Assembly: GCA_965603825.1 (NCBI GenBank)
Contig: CBFDEM010000044.1
Location: forward strand, 620,001 to 684,000
Source: Blepharisma stoltei ATCC 30299
Lineage: Eukaryota > Protista > Ciliophora
Reading direction: 5' to 3'
DNA: 64,000 nucleotides
The notes beneath the pieces were generated by a model, which made no database searches, had not been told where the DNA came from, and saw only the letters and a program-made list of their open reading frames with translations. Within the stretch, counting starts at the first letter, position 1. Each line of letters starts with the position of its first letter. This document shows, piece by piece, positions 37,560 through 50,552 of the stretch. Position numbers and translations under genes: made by a program.

Positions 37560-38816
37560 TTATAACTGAGTCATCGTTAATTGCAAGCTCTTCATCTCAA
37601 ATTTATATATTCTGCAATCCTTGTCTATGAAATAGCAACTTTGATTGAAATAAACTTGGTATGCTGCTCTGCAACCATAGCTAATCTGCGATGCTTCTAT
37701 AATTTTCCAATTGCTTAGTTGATTTGGCTCACTTTCATATATATTTTTTGAGGATTCGATTAAAAATACTCGATTTTCAGCTTGGAGTAATACTTTATAA
37801 GTATTAGTTGCAAAGTTGAGATAAATTTCATTATAAATACCTTGCTTATGATTATACGAATATAGTTTGCTACTTTCATAGCCAACAAATGCGATTCCAT
37901 CATTGCCTGCAATACATAAAACGCGGCTTAGATTTTCTTTCAGAGGGCAAATTTTATACCACTTATCAGTTGATAATTCATATTTTGCTGCTTGATTCCA
38001 TGCTTTATCTGCAGCATTTCATCCTCCAAATAAGTAAATAAAGCCATCATGATACAGAGCACCCATACCATTTGATGGATCTCCATCTGAAAGCTGCTTA
38101 ATAGTGCTATTTTGATAAAATCTAAATGTTGTTCCTGATGCAGGATAATTACCATAGCAAAATATAGATTTATCTGGAAGAAGACACATAGAAATATTTT
38201 GGGGTTGACTAACATTATTTTGGAGACTGTCTATCTGTTTCTCAGACTTTGAATAATTGGTCAAATTTACTCTAACTGAGATTTTTGTATTAGTCCTAAA
38301 AAATACAATTTCATTGTTTTCAAAAATATCGATCCTGTCATCTTTGTTGAATTCAAAATCGGAACGATTAAAACTGCACCCAAACTCATCCAACATTTTT
38401 CGTGCACTATCTGGGTCTAAGCTTAATAGCTTTTCAAGCGGATTTTGACTTATTTTTGGTAACTTTTTTATTGAGCAAATCTTTCTAATTAAATCAGCTT
38501 GATTTATTCTTATTTTATCAATATTTTCTAGTGCTTTAATAAGTGACAATTTTAATTCTTGTATTTTCTTGTATGTTTCTTTTATTAAGTTTTCTTTTAT
38601 TTCAAGTAATTCTTTTGATAATTTATGCAACTCTTCAATTAGGGCTTCTTTATATTTTTGATTTAGTTTTAATTTTAATGGTTCCAGCTTGTGCTCTTCA
38701 ATAGAAGTAGTTTGAACATGTTTATAAATGTGGATTATGCAAGAGTAGAGGGCAGGATCCACACATTTACAGAGAACTTTGACTTTATTTTTGCAACCTT
38801 GCTTTCAGCATTCCAT
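37560..38816 (-). CDS. Family 1 copy H, intact 418 aa
   Basis: Continuous frame from ATG 38816 to TAA 37562-37560 with TGA=Trp. Confidence 0.85.
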
Positions 38817-39660
38817 GATTAAGATAAATTTATAGATTCATAAAAATGATTAATAAAAGACATTGTATTCTTAATCATTTGAATATAATTTACCTAAAAG
38901 AAAATTAAAAATCTATAAAACATGAAAGATTTATTAAAATTGTCTATTTAAGCATCAAAAGTAGTTCAATAATTCCACTAGATAAAAAGTAAGCCAAAGT
39001 CGTCTAACTCATGATACCGATTATTGTGCTGTATATTGATAATAATTATTCATTAGCTTTCAAGCCAAAATTTAACAATAAAATATATTTCAACATTAAA
39101 TTTATTTAATAGAGATTTCTTCAATTATTCATCATAATAATTATAAAATGGGAGGAATTATATAGAAAATTGGTAAATACTCGAGTAAATGCAAAAAATG
39201 AATATCATCAGGAGATTTAATCATTAAACTTTCTTGAAGTAATTTGATTTGAAGCTTCATTTGATGTGCTATACTTCTGAACTAAAGCAACATATTTATA
39301 ATTGTCGCTGGCTTTTCACTTTGTCTTATTTTTAGGAATTTTTGTAATTATTTTAATTGCCAAGTAAAATTGGCGTATTCAAAATTAACTAATGTGCTAT
39401 AAATGAAAATGCCAAAGCGAATTTTAGTGACAATTTCTATAACGCGGCCACTAATTTTTGCTGATTTTAACTGTAGTTCTGGAAAATAAAAAGAAAAAGG
39501 AAAAATCAAGTGAGGATTTGAGCTAGCTGTTTTTGATGTTTAAATAATAATTATCGATTTTCAATTTTTATTTCTTCTTTTATATTCATTTTGTCCCTTT
39601 TAAGGAATGAAATGACCTTATCAATTATTCCATTTTCTTGATTCTATAATAATAATGATC

Positions 39661-40917
39661 ATGGAATGCTGAATGCAGGGGTGCAAAAATAAAGTTAAAG
39701 TTTTCTGTAAATGTACGAATCCGGTCAGCTACTCTTGCGGCATTCATACATATAAGCATCTTCAAAATGAGCCTATTAGAAGTCATATACCTGAAACCTT
39801 AAACTTAAAAGTAAATCCAAGAAACAAGGAAGCCTTAATTGAAGAGCTTCAAAAGCTATCAAAAGAATTACTTGATATAAAAGTAAACTTAATGAAAGAC
39901 ACATATAAGAAAATGCAAGAATTAAAATTGTCACTTATCAAAAAACTTGAAAATATTGAAAAAATAAGAATAAATCAAGTTGATTTAGTTAAAAAGATTT
40001 ACTCAATAAAAAATCTACCAAAAATAAATCAAAATCCGCTTGAAAAGCTATTAAGCTTAGATCCAGATAGTGCACGTAAAAAGTTGGATGAGTTTGGGTG
40101 CAGATTTAATCGTTCAGATTGTAAATTGAACAAAAATGATAGAATCGATGATGCTGAAAACAATGAAATTGTATTTTTTAGAGGAGGTACAAAAAACTTA
40201 GTTAGAGTAAATTTGACCAATTATTCAAAGTCTGAGAAGCGGATAGACATTCTTTGTAGCGATGTCATTTCTCCTGATGTTATTTCTATGTGTCTTCTTC
40301 CTGATAAATCTATATTTTGCTATGGTAATCATCCTGCATCAGGAACAGCATTTATATTGTACCCAAATAACACTATTAAGCGACTTTCAGATGGAGATCC
40401 GTCAGTAGGTATGGGTGCTGTGTATCATGATGGCTTTATTTACTTATTTGGAGGATGGCATGTTAATGGTAAGCCATGGAATCAAGCAGCAAAATATGAA
40501 CTATCAACTGATAAGTGGTATAAAATTTGCCATCTGAAGCAAAATCTATGTCGGGTTTCATGTATTTCAGGCAATTATGGAATCGCATTTGTTGGATTTC
40601 AAAGTAGCAAACTATATTCATATAATCATAAGCAAGATGTTTATAATGAAATTTCTCACAACTTTGTAGATAATACTCATAAAATATTACTCCAGGCAGA
40701 AAATCGAGTATTTTTAATCGAATCCTCAAAAAATATATATGAATGTGAATCAAATCAACTAAGCAATTGGAAAAATATAGGAGTATCACAGATTAGTTAT
40801 AGTTTCAAAGCAGCATACAAAGTATATTTCAATCAAAGTTGCTATTTCATGGACAGTGATTATAAAATATATAAATTTGATATGAAGAGCTTACAATTAA
40901 CGATGACTCAGGCATAA
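39661..40917 (+). CDS. Family 1 copy I, intact 418 aa
   Basis: ATG GAA TGC TGA precedes track ORF 39673..40917; MECWMQGCKNKVKVFCKCTNPVSYSCGIHTYKH, heptad region, Kelch-like blades. Confidence 0.9.
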
Positions 40918-41049
40918 TAATAAATAAAAATTTCCATAGTTTAATTTGCTTTTTAGAATCAGAACAAATAACTGGTAATATTAATTTGTTATATTATCAA
41001 AAGTAAAACATTTTTAATATAAATTTTTATGAAGCTCGCACGCCTTAGT

Positions 41050-41282
41050 ACTCTAAAAGTATTACTCCAGGCAGAAAATAGAGTATTTTTAATAGAATCA
41101 GAAAAAAATATATGAAAGTCAACTAAGCAATTGGGAAATTATAGGATCAGCGCAGATTAGCTATGATTTCAGAGTAGCATACCAAGTTTGTTTCAATCAA
41201 AGTTGCTATTTCATGGACAGAGATTGCAAAATATATAAATTTGATATGGAGAACTTAGAATTAACGATGACTCAGGTATAAT
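41050..41282 (+). pseudogene. Family 1 3'-end fragment
   Basis: KVLLQAENRVFLIES...CYFMDRDCKIYKFDM...MTQV* with indels. Confidence 0.8.
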
Positions 41283-41345
41283 AAATAATAAATTTCCATA
41301 GTTTAATTTGATTTTAACATCAAAATCTCTATTTCTAAACTAATA

Positions 41346-42376
41346 AATGAGAATAAAAAAAGCGAGATAGACCTCGAAGACAGTAAGGAAGACTTTCATA
41401 ATTCTCAAAGAATTAAGATTACTCTAAAACTTACCAAAAATAATAAAGCAGAAAGAGAACAAATGATCCAAGAGCTAAGAGAGAAGAGAGCTGAAATTTT
41501 AAATAGGCCAAATGACCCAGAATTAGAGCGAGATTTTAGGATGACCTGCTCAAAGTACAGTAGCGATATCTATGCTGATTCCCAGTTCTTCAGCAAGCTT
41601 ATCAAGATTATATTAATCCTTATCGCCAAAAAACATCTCTTTATGCAATTATAGGAAAAGACAACAGAACTAATTTGATTATTTATGATACAGAAAATCA
41701 TAGAAAGGAAGTCAGGATAGTAGAGACTCCTGAACCATTGTATCCCCACACTTGTATTGCTCAGCTTCCTAACGGTAATTTATTTTGCTTTGGTAATTAT
41801 CCACATTCTGGAACTTCATTGATAATTGATGAGAATAATATTGTTCAAGAGCTGCCATCTGGAACTCCTTGCGCATACTCATCAGCTATCTATTTCAATA
41901 ATAGTGTTTATTGCTCTGGAGGATGAAATAATAACAGATCTTTAACTCTATCAGAGAGATTTGATTTAAATGAAAGCGGATGAACTGAATTAGAGCCACT
42001 GCCACAAGCTGATGACGCTTGCCATAGTGTAATATATTGTGATTTCTGGAAACAGAAATAAAAATCTTTTGAGGTATTCAATTGGTAGCAACACTTTCGC
42101 AACAATTCCTTATGATTTTAAAATTTATAATAGCAAGATTCTTATAAGTTCAGAGAGACTGTATTTAATTGAATGTGATTATACTGGATCAATCTATGAA
42201 AGTGAATTGTCAAGTGACATGCCTGGAGACGAATTGGAAACTCAATAATAAAGGATTATTTTCAAGTTTATTTGTCATATAATAAAGGAGGAATAAATAT
42301 ACACACTTCTGGGGTGGTGCTACTAGATACTTTAAGTTTAATTTAGAGGCGAAAAGATTAACTAAGCTTGATTAAA
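41346..42376 (+). pseudogene. Kelch-like family 2 copy with frameshifts
   Basis: ERDFR, IAQLPNGNLFCFGN, SSAIYFNNSVYCSGGW, RLYLIEC and YNKGGI match 55436..56485; frame changes near 41585, 42040 and 42220. Confidence 0.75.
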
Positions 42377-42772
42377 ATAATTTGATAATAAATAGGTCTC
42401 ATTTAATAATCTTTTGCTATTAACTCTTTCAATATCTTTTATCGATCAATCTGACTTATATAAGTAAAAAGAGTTCATTAGTAAAGAATGCAATCGTTTT
42501 CAGAAACTCTAATAATTTTTGGTAGATAATAGCCAAAGATGCATGGATACAAACAATTGTCAATACAAAAGCCACATTAGATAATCAATAAGTTTTATAA
42601 TAGTAAATATTTATTTTTCAGGTTTAAATTAATAATAAACTTGCTTAGATTTTGACTTAAAAATTACATTAAAAATATTTTACTTTATGACAATTACTTG
42701 ATCAATTGTAAAAATGCAACAAATTAATTTTTGTTATGCTAAAAGCGAATTAATTATAAAAATTTTGATTCA

Positions 42773-43128
42773 TTATACTTCAATCATCGTTAATTGTAAG
42801 CTCTTCATATCAAATTTATATATTTTAGATTCCCAGTCCACGAAATAGCAACTTTGATTGAAATAAACGTGGTATCCTGCTCTTCAAGCATAGCTAATCT
42901 GCGATGCTCCTATAATTTTCCAATTACTTAGTTGATTTGGCTCGCTTTCATATATAATTTTGAGGAATTGATTAAAAATACTCGATTTTCAGCCTGGAGC
43001 AAGACTTTATTAGTATTAGCTGCAGAGTTGAGGTAAATTTGATTATAAATATCTTGCTTATGATTATATAAATGTAGTTTCTACTTTGATACCCAACAAA
43101 TGCGACTCCATAGTTTCCTGCAATACAC
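42773..43128 (-). pseudogene. Family 1 3'-end fragment (copy J)
   Basis: CIAGNYGVAFVGYQ...QAENRVFLI...YKFDMKSLQLTM; the 5' part is absent. Confidence 0.8.
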
Positions 43129-43709
43129 ATTTCTTGTAAAGTAGCCTTGATTTTAAAATTTACTTTTTCTTAAAGATATCAATTTCATATTTATCATCTC
43201 TGTTATTTAACAATAAATAAAAGCCCTTATTTACCTGTAAAATTTTATGAAGTTAATAAAGTTATCATAGATCCCAAACTTTCACATACACAATGTATTA
43301 TACTTAAAATAGCTTCAAGAAATCGCAATTACTGTGATTTCAAAGTTGTTATTTAGGTCTTCCATTCATCGGCCAGTAGAAACTGCAATCGTAGTTGAAA
43401 AAGTAAAAAGAGTCCATGGATGAAGAAAACAGTCGATTTCAGAAATCCCAAAATCTCTTTTGCAGATAATTAGCAGGAATGCATGGAATAAAAATGACTA
43501 TTTACAGAAACTAAATGAGAAAATCAACCATGTTTTATAATAGTAAATATTTAATTTTCAGATTTAAATTAGCATTAAACTTTGCTTAGCTTTTGGCTTG
43601 AAACTTTATATTAAAAATATTTTACTTTGTGAAAATAAATTTGGTCAATTGTGAAAATATAACAAATTAATTTTACAAAGTATTATTTTGATGTTAAAAT
43701 CAAATTAAA

Positions 43710-44969
43710 TTATTGAAATTTTACCTCAGTCATCGTTAATTGTAAGCTCTTCATATCAAATTTATATATTTTATACTTATTGTCCATGAAATAGCAACTT
43801 TGATTGAAATAAACTTGGTATGCTGCTCTATTACTACAGAAAATCTGCGATTGTCCTATAGTTTTCCAATTGCTTAGTTTATTTGGCTCACTTTCATATA
43901 TATTTCTTGAGGATTCGATTAAAAACACTCTATTTTCTGCCTGAAGCAAGACTTTATAAGTATTAGCTTGGAAGTTGAGATAAATTTCATTATAAATATC
44001 TTGCTTATGATTATATGAATATAGTTTTTTATTTTGATACCCAACAAATGCGATTCCATAATTTCCTGCAATACATGAAACTCAGCTTAGATTTTCTTTC
44101 AGAGGGCAAATTTTATACCAATTATCAGTTGATAGCTCATATTTCGCTGCTTGATTCAATGGATCATTAATATAATAATCATCATCATTCACATTATAAG
44201 CATTATATCCTCCAAATAAGTAAATAAAGCCATCATGATACACAGCACCCATACTTCTTGACGGATCTCCATTTGAAAGTTGCTTAATAGTGTTATCTGG
44301 ATACAATCTAAATGCTATTCCAGATGAGCGACGATCGCCATAGCAAAATATCGATTTATCAGGAAGAAGACACATAGAAATATGTTGAGCAGAGCTAACC
44401 TCGGTTTGAAGAATGTCTATCTGCTGCTCAGACTTTGAAAAATTGGTCAAATTTACTCTAACTGAGTTTTTTGTTTTAGTCCTAAAAAATACAATTTCAT
44501 TGCTTTCAAAATCTGAACGATTAAATCTGCACCCAAGCTCATCCAACTTTTTTCGGGCACTATCTGGATCTAAGCTTAATAGCTTTTCAAGTGGATTTTG
44601 ATTTATTTTTGGTATTGTTTTTACCGAGTCAATCTTTCTAATTAAATCAAGTTGATTTATTCTTATTTTCTCAATATTTTCTAGCTCTTTAATAAGTGAT
44701 AATTTTAATTCCTGTATTTTCTTGTATGTTTCTTTTATTAAGTTTTCTTTTATATCAAGCAATTCTCTTGATAATCTATGCAGCTCTTCAATTAGGGCTT
44801 CCTTATATCCTTGATTTGGTTTTAATTGTAAGTGTTCAAAATCGTGTTTTTTAATAGAAGCAGCTTGAGAATGCTTATATCAGTGGGTTTTGCAAGAGTA
44901 GAGGGCAGGAACCACACACTTGCAGAGAACTTTGACTTTATTTTTGCATCCCAACTTTCAGCATTCCAT
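43710..44969 (-). CDS. Family 1 copy K, intact 419 aa with a shortened linker and extended loop
   Basis: Continuous frame with TGA=Trp; linker DFESNEIVFF; loop FGGYNAYNVNDDDYYINDPLNQ. Confidence 0.85.
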
Positions 44970-45687
44970 GATTAAGATAAATTTATAAATTCAACAAAAT
45001 GATTAATAAAAGCCATTGTATTCTTTATATAATTTATCTAAAAGAAATTTAAGAATCTGAAAGATTTATTAAAATCATTTATTTAAGCATCAAAACCAGT
45101 TCAATATTTCCACTTCATTTTTATCTCCCTTTGATCCTCCACAATTCACAGTAAAAGTAAGCAAAAATCCTCTAACTCATGATACTTATTACTGTGCAGT
45201 AGTGATATTAAGTTTCAATAATAATTATATTAGCTTTCGCATTAGCTCATAAAGACAACGATTATATATAATCAAAATTTTACTTTGTCTTTATTTTTAG
45301 AGTTTTTATAGTTATGCCAATTAAAATATTGTCGATTGAAATTGGGCATTGAAAATGATGAGCATCTGTAAATGGAATTTAGTGCCACTAAATATAATTT
45401 TATTCCCAATAAATGTGAAGCCAAAGGCAAAGGGCTTTTAAACACTTTTATAGTAGACAATCAAAAAGCTAATTTCTACTATGCTACCACTTATTTTTTG
45501 CCAAAAATTTTTAAGATTTTTGCTTACTTTGACTGTAAATTCTTAAGATTAAATAGAATATTGACTGAAGCTTTTGACGCTAAATAATAATTATTGATTT
45601 CAGTTAATTTTTATTTATTTCTAAATTCTTTTATATTTCTTATACTCTTCTTTTCAGGAATTCAATGGCCTTATATTTATCTTAATC

Positions 45688-46204
45688 ATGGAGTGCTGGA
45701 AGCAGGGATGCAAAAATGAAGTAAAAAGCTTTCTGCATATGTGTGAAGCCTGCAAGCTACTCTTGCAGCATTCATGTATATAAGCATCTTCAAAGCGCTT
45801 GTCTCGTAAAGCACCAACTTGAGACCTTAAAACTAAAAATAAATCCAAAAATCAAGGAAGCCTTAATAGATGAGCTACAAAAGCTGTCAAAAGAATTGCT
45901 TGAAATAAAAGAAAACTTAATCAAAGACACATATAAGAAAATACAAGAATTAAAATTACCTCTTATTAGAGCACTAGAAAATATTGAAAAAATAAGAGTA
46001 AACCAAGCTGATTTAATTAGAAAGATTTACTTAATTAAAAAAATACCAAAAATAAATCAAACTCCTTTCGAAAACCTATTAAGCTTAGAACCAGATAGTG
46101 CCCCAAAAAAATTGGATGAGTTTGGGTGCATTTTTAATCGTTCAGATTTTAAATTTAACCAAAAAGATAGAATCGATACTGGTGAAAACAATGAAATTGT
46201 ATAA
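45688..46204 (+). pseudogene. Family 1 copy L, 5' half only, early frameshift
   Basis: ATG GAG TGC TGG AAG (TGG where paralogs have TGA); extra A near 45725; truncated after NNEIV. Confidence 0.82.
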
Positions 46205-46207
46205 ATC

Positions 46208-46335
46208 TTTAAGCATTTAACGTAAATTATTATAAATTATAATATTTTAATGAAACCAGCCAGGATAAAACAGTTTGCAATGAATGCTCAGGAGCGTTAT
46301 TAAAAAAAGCTTTAATGATTAGGACTAGAAAAAAT
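46208..46335 (+). pseudogene. 5' fragment of the PARP-ZnF/F-box/Rab family
   Basis: TAAGCATTTA..ATAAATTATAAT..GTTTGCAATGAATGCTCAGGAG..TTAATGATTAGGACTAG matches 28090-28232. Confidence 0.7.
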
Positions 46336-46391
46336 GATTTATCTATTTATTTTTCTTAAAGAGCTTATGCTCTTAACAAGCTCTTAAGGGT

Positions 46392-46680
46392 TTTTTAGTA
46401 ATTGTTTTTCCAGATAAGATATTAAAAAAGATATGCATGCTTCCTCAAAGTTTGAGGATAAAGCGATTGATTGATTCCTTTTGAATGTTGTAGTCAGCAA
46501 AAGTTCTTTCATCTTCCAATTGTTTACTTCCGAAAATGAGTCTTTGCTAATTTTGAGGAATTCCTTCTTTGTCTTAATTTTGGCTTTGACGTTGCCAACG
46601 GTCTCTAAGGATTCAACACCAAGAGTAATCGTTCTTCTAGTCAGAGTCCTTACGAAGATCTGCGTACCCCTTTTGAGTTT
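46392..46680 (-). pseudogene. Decayed polyubiquitin fragment (end of one unit, one full unit, start of a third)
   Basis: KLKRG|TQIFVRTLTRRTITLGVESLETVGNVKAKI/(Q)[33 protein letters not shown]...LKLWGS|MHIFFNILSGKTIT; one frameshift and one TAG. Confidence 0.88.
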
Positions 46681-46689
46681 GAAGAAATC

Positions 46690-47460
46690 AAGTAGCGTTC
46701 CCTGCTTAGGTCCTCTCTGCCAGCCTCCTCCCTTTTCTCCTTTTCCTAAGTTCTTTTTTTTTTCTTTCTCCATCTCCATCTCCTTCATCGCCTGAACCTA
46801 CTTTAACAATATTTTATACCTTCCTCTCATTTGACCAAGTTTTCAAAATTTTGCTCGTAAAAAGCAACCTCAATCAGCCCTACCTCCCTCCAGTTGCAAT
46901 TGGCATCTTCCAGTAGTCTCTCAAGTCTCACCCTTTGGTTGCTGTATTTTTGGAATCTGCCATAAGTGCATTTTGTCTCCTCAATCCCGCAGTTCTTGCA
47001 CAATGGGCTGCTTGCTAGATGCCTTAAGTGAGCATTATGGTTGCAGAAAAAAGCCAGCCCTTAGTTGATGAATTGTACAGATTGCTACTTCTTGGTGAGG
47101 TTTGGACTTCAAGAAGGTAGGCAAATCTGTGTTTACCTTTCCCTCCATCAACTCCCTGGACATCCGGGTAGTTTTATCAGTCTCCTGCTCAAGCCTTCCA
47201 AGGCTCTCCTTTATATTGAGCACTCTTATCCTGTTGTCGAATTAGTCTCCCACTTCAACCTGCCTTACCTCCTCTTTGTCTCCAAACTCATTTAGGCAAG
47301 CTTCTCCATAATTTTCTTACACTTTCTCTCTCAAGAGAGGTTTAGTAAGCACTGATCTCTCTCATCTCCTTCGTAATCTGATTTCTTGACTCAAGGATTT
47401 TTTTGCGAAATGTGAGAGTCCTCTTCCATGATTGATTTTTAAGAGAGACTCAGCCTACGC
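46690..47460 (-). mobile_element. Relic of a non-LTR retrotransposon ORF2 C-terminal region (zinc-knuckle part)
   Basis: GC-richer than its flanks; broken frame reads TIHQLRAGF./HNAHLRHLASSPLCKNCGIEETK...KYSNQRVRLERLL, resembling the QLRTGH..L..HL.....P.C..CG.EET..H....C..Y...R..L tail of LINE ORF2. Confidence 0.6.
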
Positions 47461-47809
47461 CCTCATATTAATTAAAGTGGAATAAATAAAGAAGATATAA
47501 AAAATAATGGGATATATCCTAATATTTTATAGCTGGATTATACCTGTAAAACTCTACTTATCTTTCTTGCATTTCTAATAGAAATCCCATGAGTATTATC
47601 AGCCAAAAAATTCCATGATGCTAATACTACATAATTTATAGGTATCCAAGAATAAATCTCCTAATAAAGAATGCTACTATAAAGACCAATCTGGCAAGTA
47701 AATGAACTTTGTTTTCTTTGTTCGCCAATTTAAGTATTTCTTTTATATTCTTTAAATCTTTTATAGGAAGTCTAATTATCTTATATTAATAGATTGCTAG
47801 TTTAATAAA

Positions 47810-48365
47810 TCTTATGTAAGAATTGATTAGAGTAACTTCACAAAAAAAAGTTGGATAAGAGTATTCGTGCTTAATTAATTATGAAATTTTTCTTGGAAAT
47901 TAATTCGGGGCTAATTTGTTATTAATTATATCTAGAAATTTGTTAAAAATCATTTTTTAAAATTAATATTTTGTTTTATTTTTAATTTGTATAAAAGTTC
48001 ATACATAATTTCAATTGTGCCATATGTTCCTGAAACCCCAGTGAATTCTCCAACAACTTTAAGACCATGATAAAGCATAATAAAGTTATCATAGATCCCA
48101 ATTTTACATACACTTTGTAGCATAAATAAAATAGCCTAAAGAAATCGCTATTACCAAGATTTCAAAGTCGTCATTTAGGTCTCCCATTTGCCAAATGGTA
48201 GTAATTGCCATAGCGGTTAAAGCAAGTAAAAATAGTCCATTGGATAAAGTAAACAATAGATTTCAGAAATCCCAAAGCTATTTAATAGGCAAATTTTTAT
48301 TGACTACCAGAGATATGGATTAAAAAAATGTCAAAACAGAAGCTAAATTAAAGAATCGGCCATGC
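47810..48365 (-). pseudogene. TLC-gene 5' relic downstream of copy M
   Basis: Matches 50860-51260 (GTGCCATATGTTCCTGAAACCCCAG, AAAATAGCCTAAAGAAATCGC), with an AT-rich interruption. Boundaries approximate. Confidence 0.65.
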
Positions 48366-48543
48366 TTTATAATACTAAATATTAATTTCCAGGCTTAAAT
48401 TGATAATAAGTTTTGCTTGCTCTTGGATTTTAAAAATTTATATTAGGTTAAATTTTAAATTTCAAAAATATAATAATTAATATAGCAAATTATTTGTTTT
48501 GATGCTAAAAATAAATTAAATTTTTGGAAATTTTGATTTATTA

Positions 48544-49801
48544 TTATGCTTGATTCATCTTTAATTGTAAGCTCTTCATATCAAATTTATATATTTTACA
48601 ATCACAGTCCATGAAATAGCAACTTTGATTGAAATAAACTTGGTATACTGCTCTGGAACCATAGCTAATCTGCGATGCTCCTATAATTTTCCAATTGCTT
48701 AGTTGACTTGAATTACTTTCATATATATTTTTTGAGGATTCGATTAAAAATACTCGATTTTCGGCCTGGAGCAAGATTTTATGAGTATTAATTGCAAAGT
48801 TGAAATAAATTTCATTATAAATATCTTGCTTATGATTATATGAATATAGCTTGCCACTTTGAGCCCCAACAAATGCGATTCCGTAATTTCCTGGAATACA
48901 TGAAACGTAACTTAGATTTTCATTCAGAGGGCAAATTTTATACCACTTATCAGTTGATAGCTCATATTTTGCTGCTTGATTTCATGGACTACCTGAAGCA
49001 TTTCATCCTCCAAATAGGTAAATAAAGCCATCATGATACACAGCGCCCATATTTCCTGACGGATCTCCATCTGAAAGCTGTTTAACAGTGCTATCTGGAT
49101 ACAATATAAATGCTGTTCCTTCTCCAGGATGATTTCCATAGCAAAATATAGATTTATCAGGAAGAAGACACATAGAAATAGCTTGAAGATAACTAGCATT
49201 GCTTTGAAGAATGCGTATCTGTTACTCAGACTTTGAAAAATTAGTCAAACTAATTCTAACTGAGTTTTTTGTGTTAGTCCTAAAAAATACAATTTCATTG
49301 TTTTCAACATTATCGATTCTGTCATCTTTCTTTGAGTTCAAAATCTGAACGATTAAAACTGCACCCAAACTCACTCAACTTTTTTCTGGCACTATCTGGA
49401 TCTAAGCTTAATAGCTTTTCAAGTGGATTTTGATTCATTTTTGGTAATTTTTTTACCGAATAAATCTTTCTAATTAGATCCACTTGATTTAATCTTATTT
49501 TTTCAATATTTTTTAGCTGTTTAATAAGTGATAATTCTAATTCTTGTATTTTCTTATATGTGTCTTTGATTAAGTTTTCTTTTACTTCAAGCAATTGTTT
49601 TGATAATTTATGCAGCTCTTCAATTAGGGCTTCTTTATATTCTTGATTTGGTTTTAATTCTAAAGGTTCAAGCTTGTGCTCTACGATAGAAGGTGATTGA
49701 ATATGCTTTAGCATGTGGGGTTTGCAAGAGTATCAGGCAGGTTCCACACATCTGCAAAAAACTTTGAATTTATTTTTGCATCCTTCCTTTCAGCATTCCA
49801 T
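48544..49801 (-). pseudogene. Family 1 copy M with a single +1 frameshift (or an assembly indel)
   Basis: The N-terminal frame and the propeller frame are each open; one extra base near 49330. Confidence 0.75.
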
Positions 49802-50037
49802 CATTAACTAAGATAAATTTATAGATTCATGAACATGATTAATAAATCCATTGCATTCTTAATCATTTGAACATAATTTGCCTAAAGAAAATTAAGAATC
49901 TATAAAAAATGAAAGATTTATTAAAATTGTTTATTTAAGCACCAAAAGCAGTTCAATACCTTCACTTCATTTTTTATCTCCCTTTGATCCTCCATAATTC
50001 ACAGTAAAAAGAAAACAAAAATCCTCTAAACAGTTTT

Positions 50038-50096
50038 TGTAAATAATTATAAAATTATAATAATTTATGATAAAATCTTTATTTACATAGAAGCCA
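50038..50096 (+). pseudogene. Short 5' fragment of the PARP-ZnF/F-box/Rab family
   Basis: TGTAAATAATTATAAAATTATAATAATTTATGATAAAATCTTTATTTACATAGAAGCCA is nearly identical to 28102-28162. Confidence 0.7.
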
Positions 50097-50552
50097 GAAG
50101 TAATACATACTTACTCCAGAAAAATTTTTAGAAGTCGCTATTCAAAGTATTGGGTCATTTTATAATTGGACTGCAAAGCGAGTTTCCAATTATATTTTAT
50201 TCATCTAGTCACTAGGATCACACTTCTGGACGCGTTCTTCTGGTCATAAGGAGACCTATAAATGCATATAGAAGATGCAATAAAGGGATGCTGAAAATAG
50301 GATTAAATGGATTTTTAACTGTAACAATTGCATAATATCGAGTTAATCTATCTTTGAGCTTGTAAGAAATATTGAAATATAAACACTAGCAAGCATATAA
50401 TTATAAATAAACAAATTATTTTTGCGCATTTTTTGTAAAGTAGCCTTCATTTTAAAATTAACTTTTCCTTAAAGAGATTATTAAGCTTAATTTCATAATT
50501 ATCATCTCTACTATTTAACAATAAATAAAAGTCCTTATTTACTTTTAAAATT

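Noticed and set aside
46384-46788. Functional ubiquitin-fusion protein of 134 aa
   Set aside because: The ubiquitin frame is broken by a 1-nt deletion and a TAG, and the diglycine ends are mutated.
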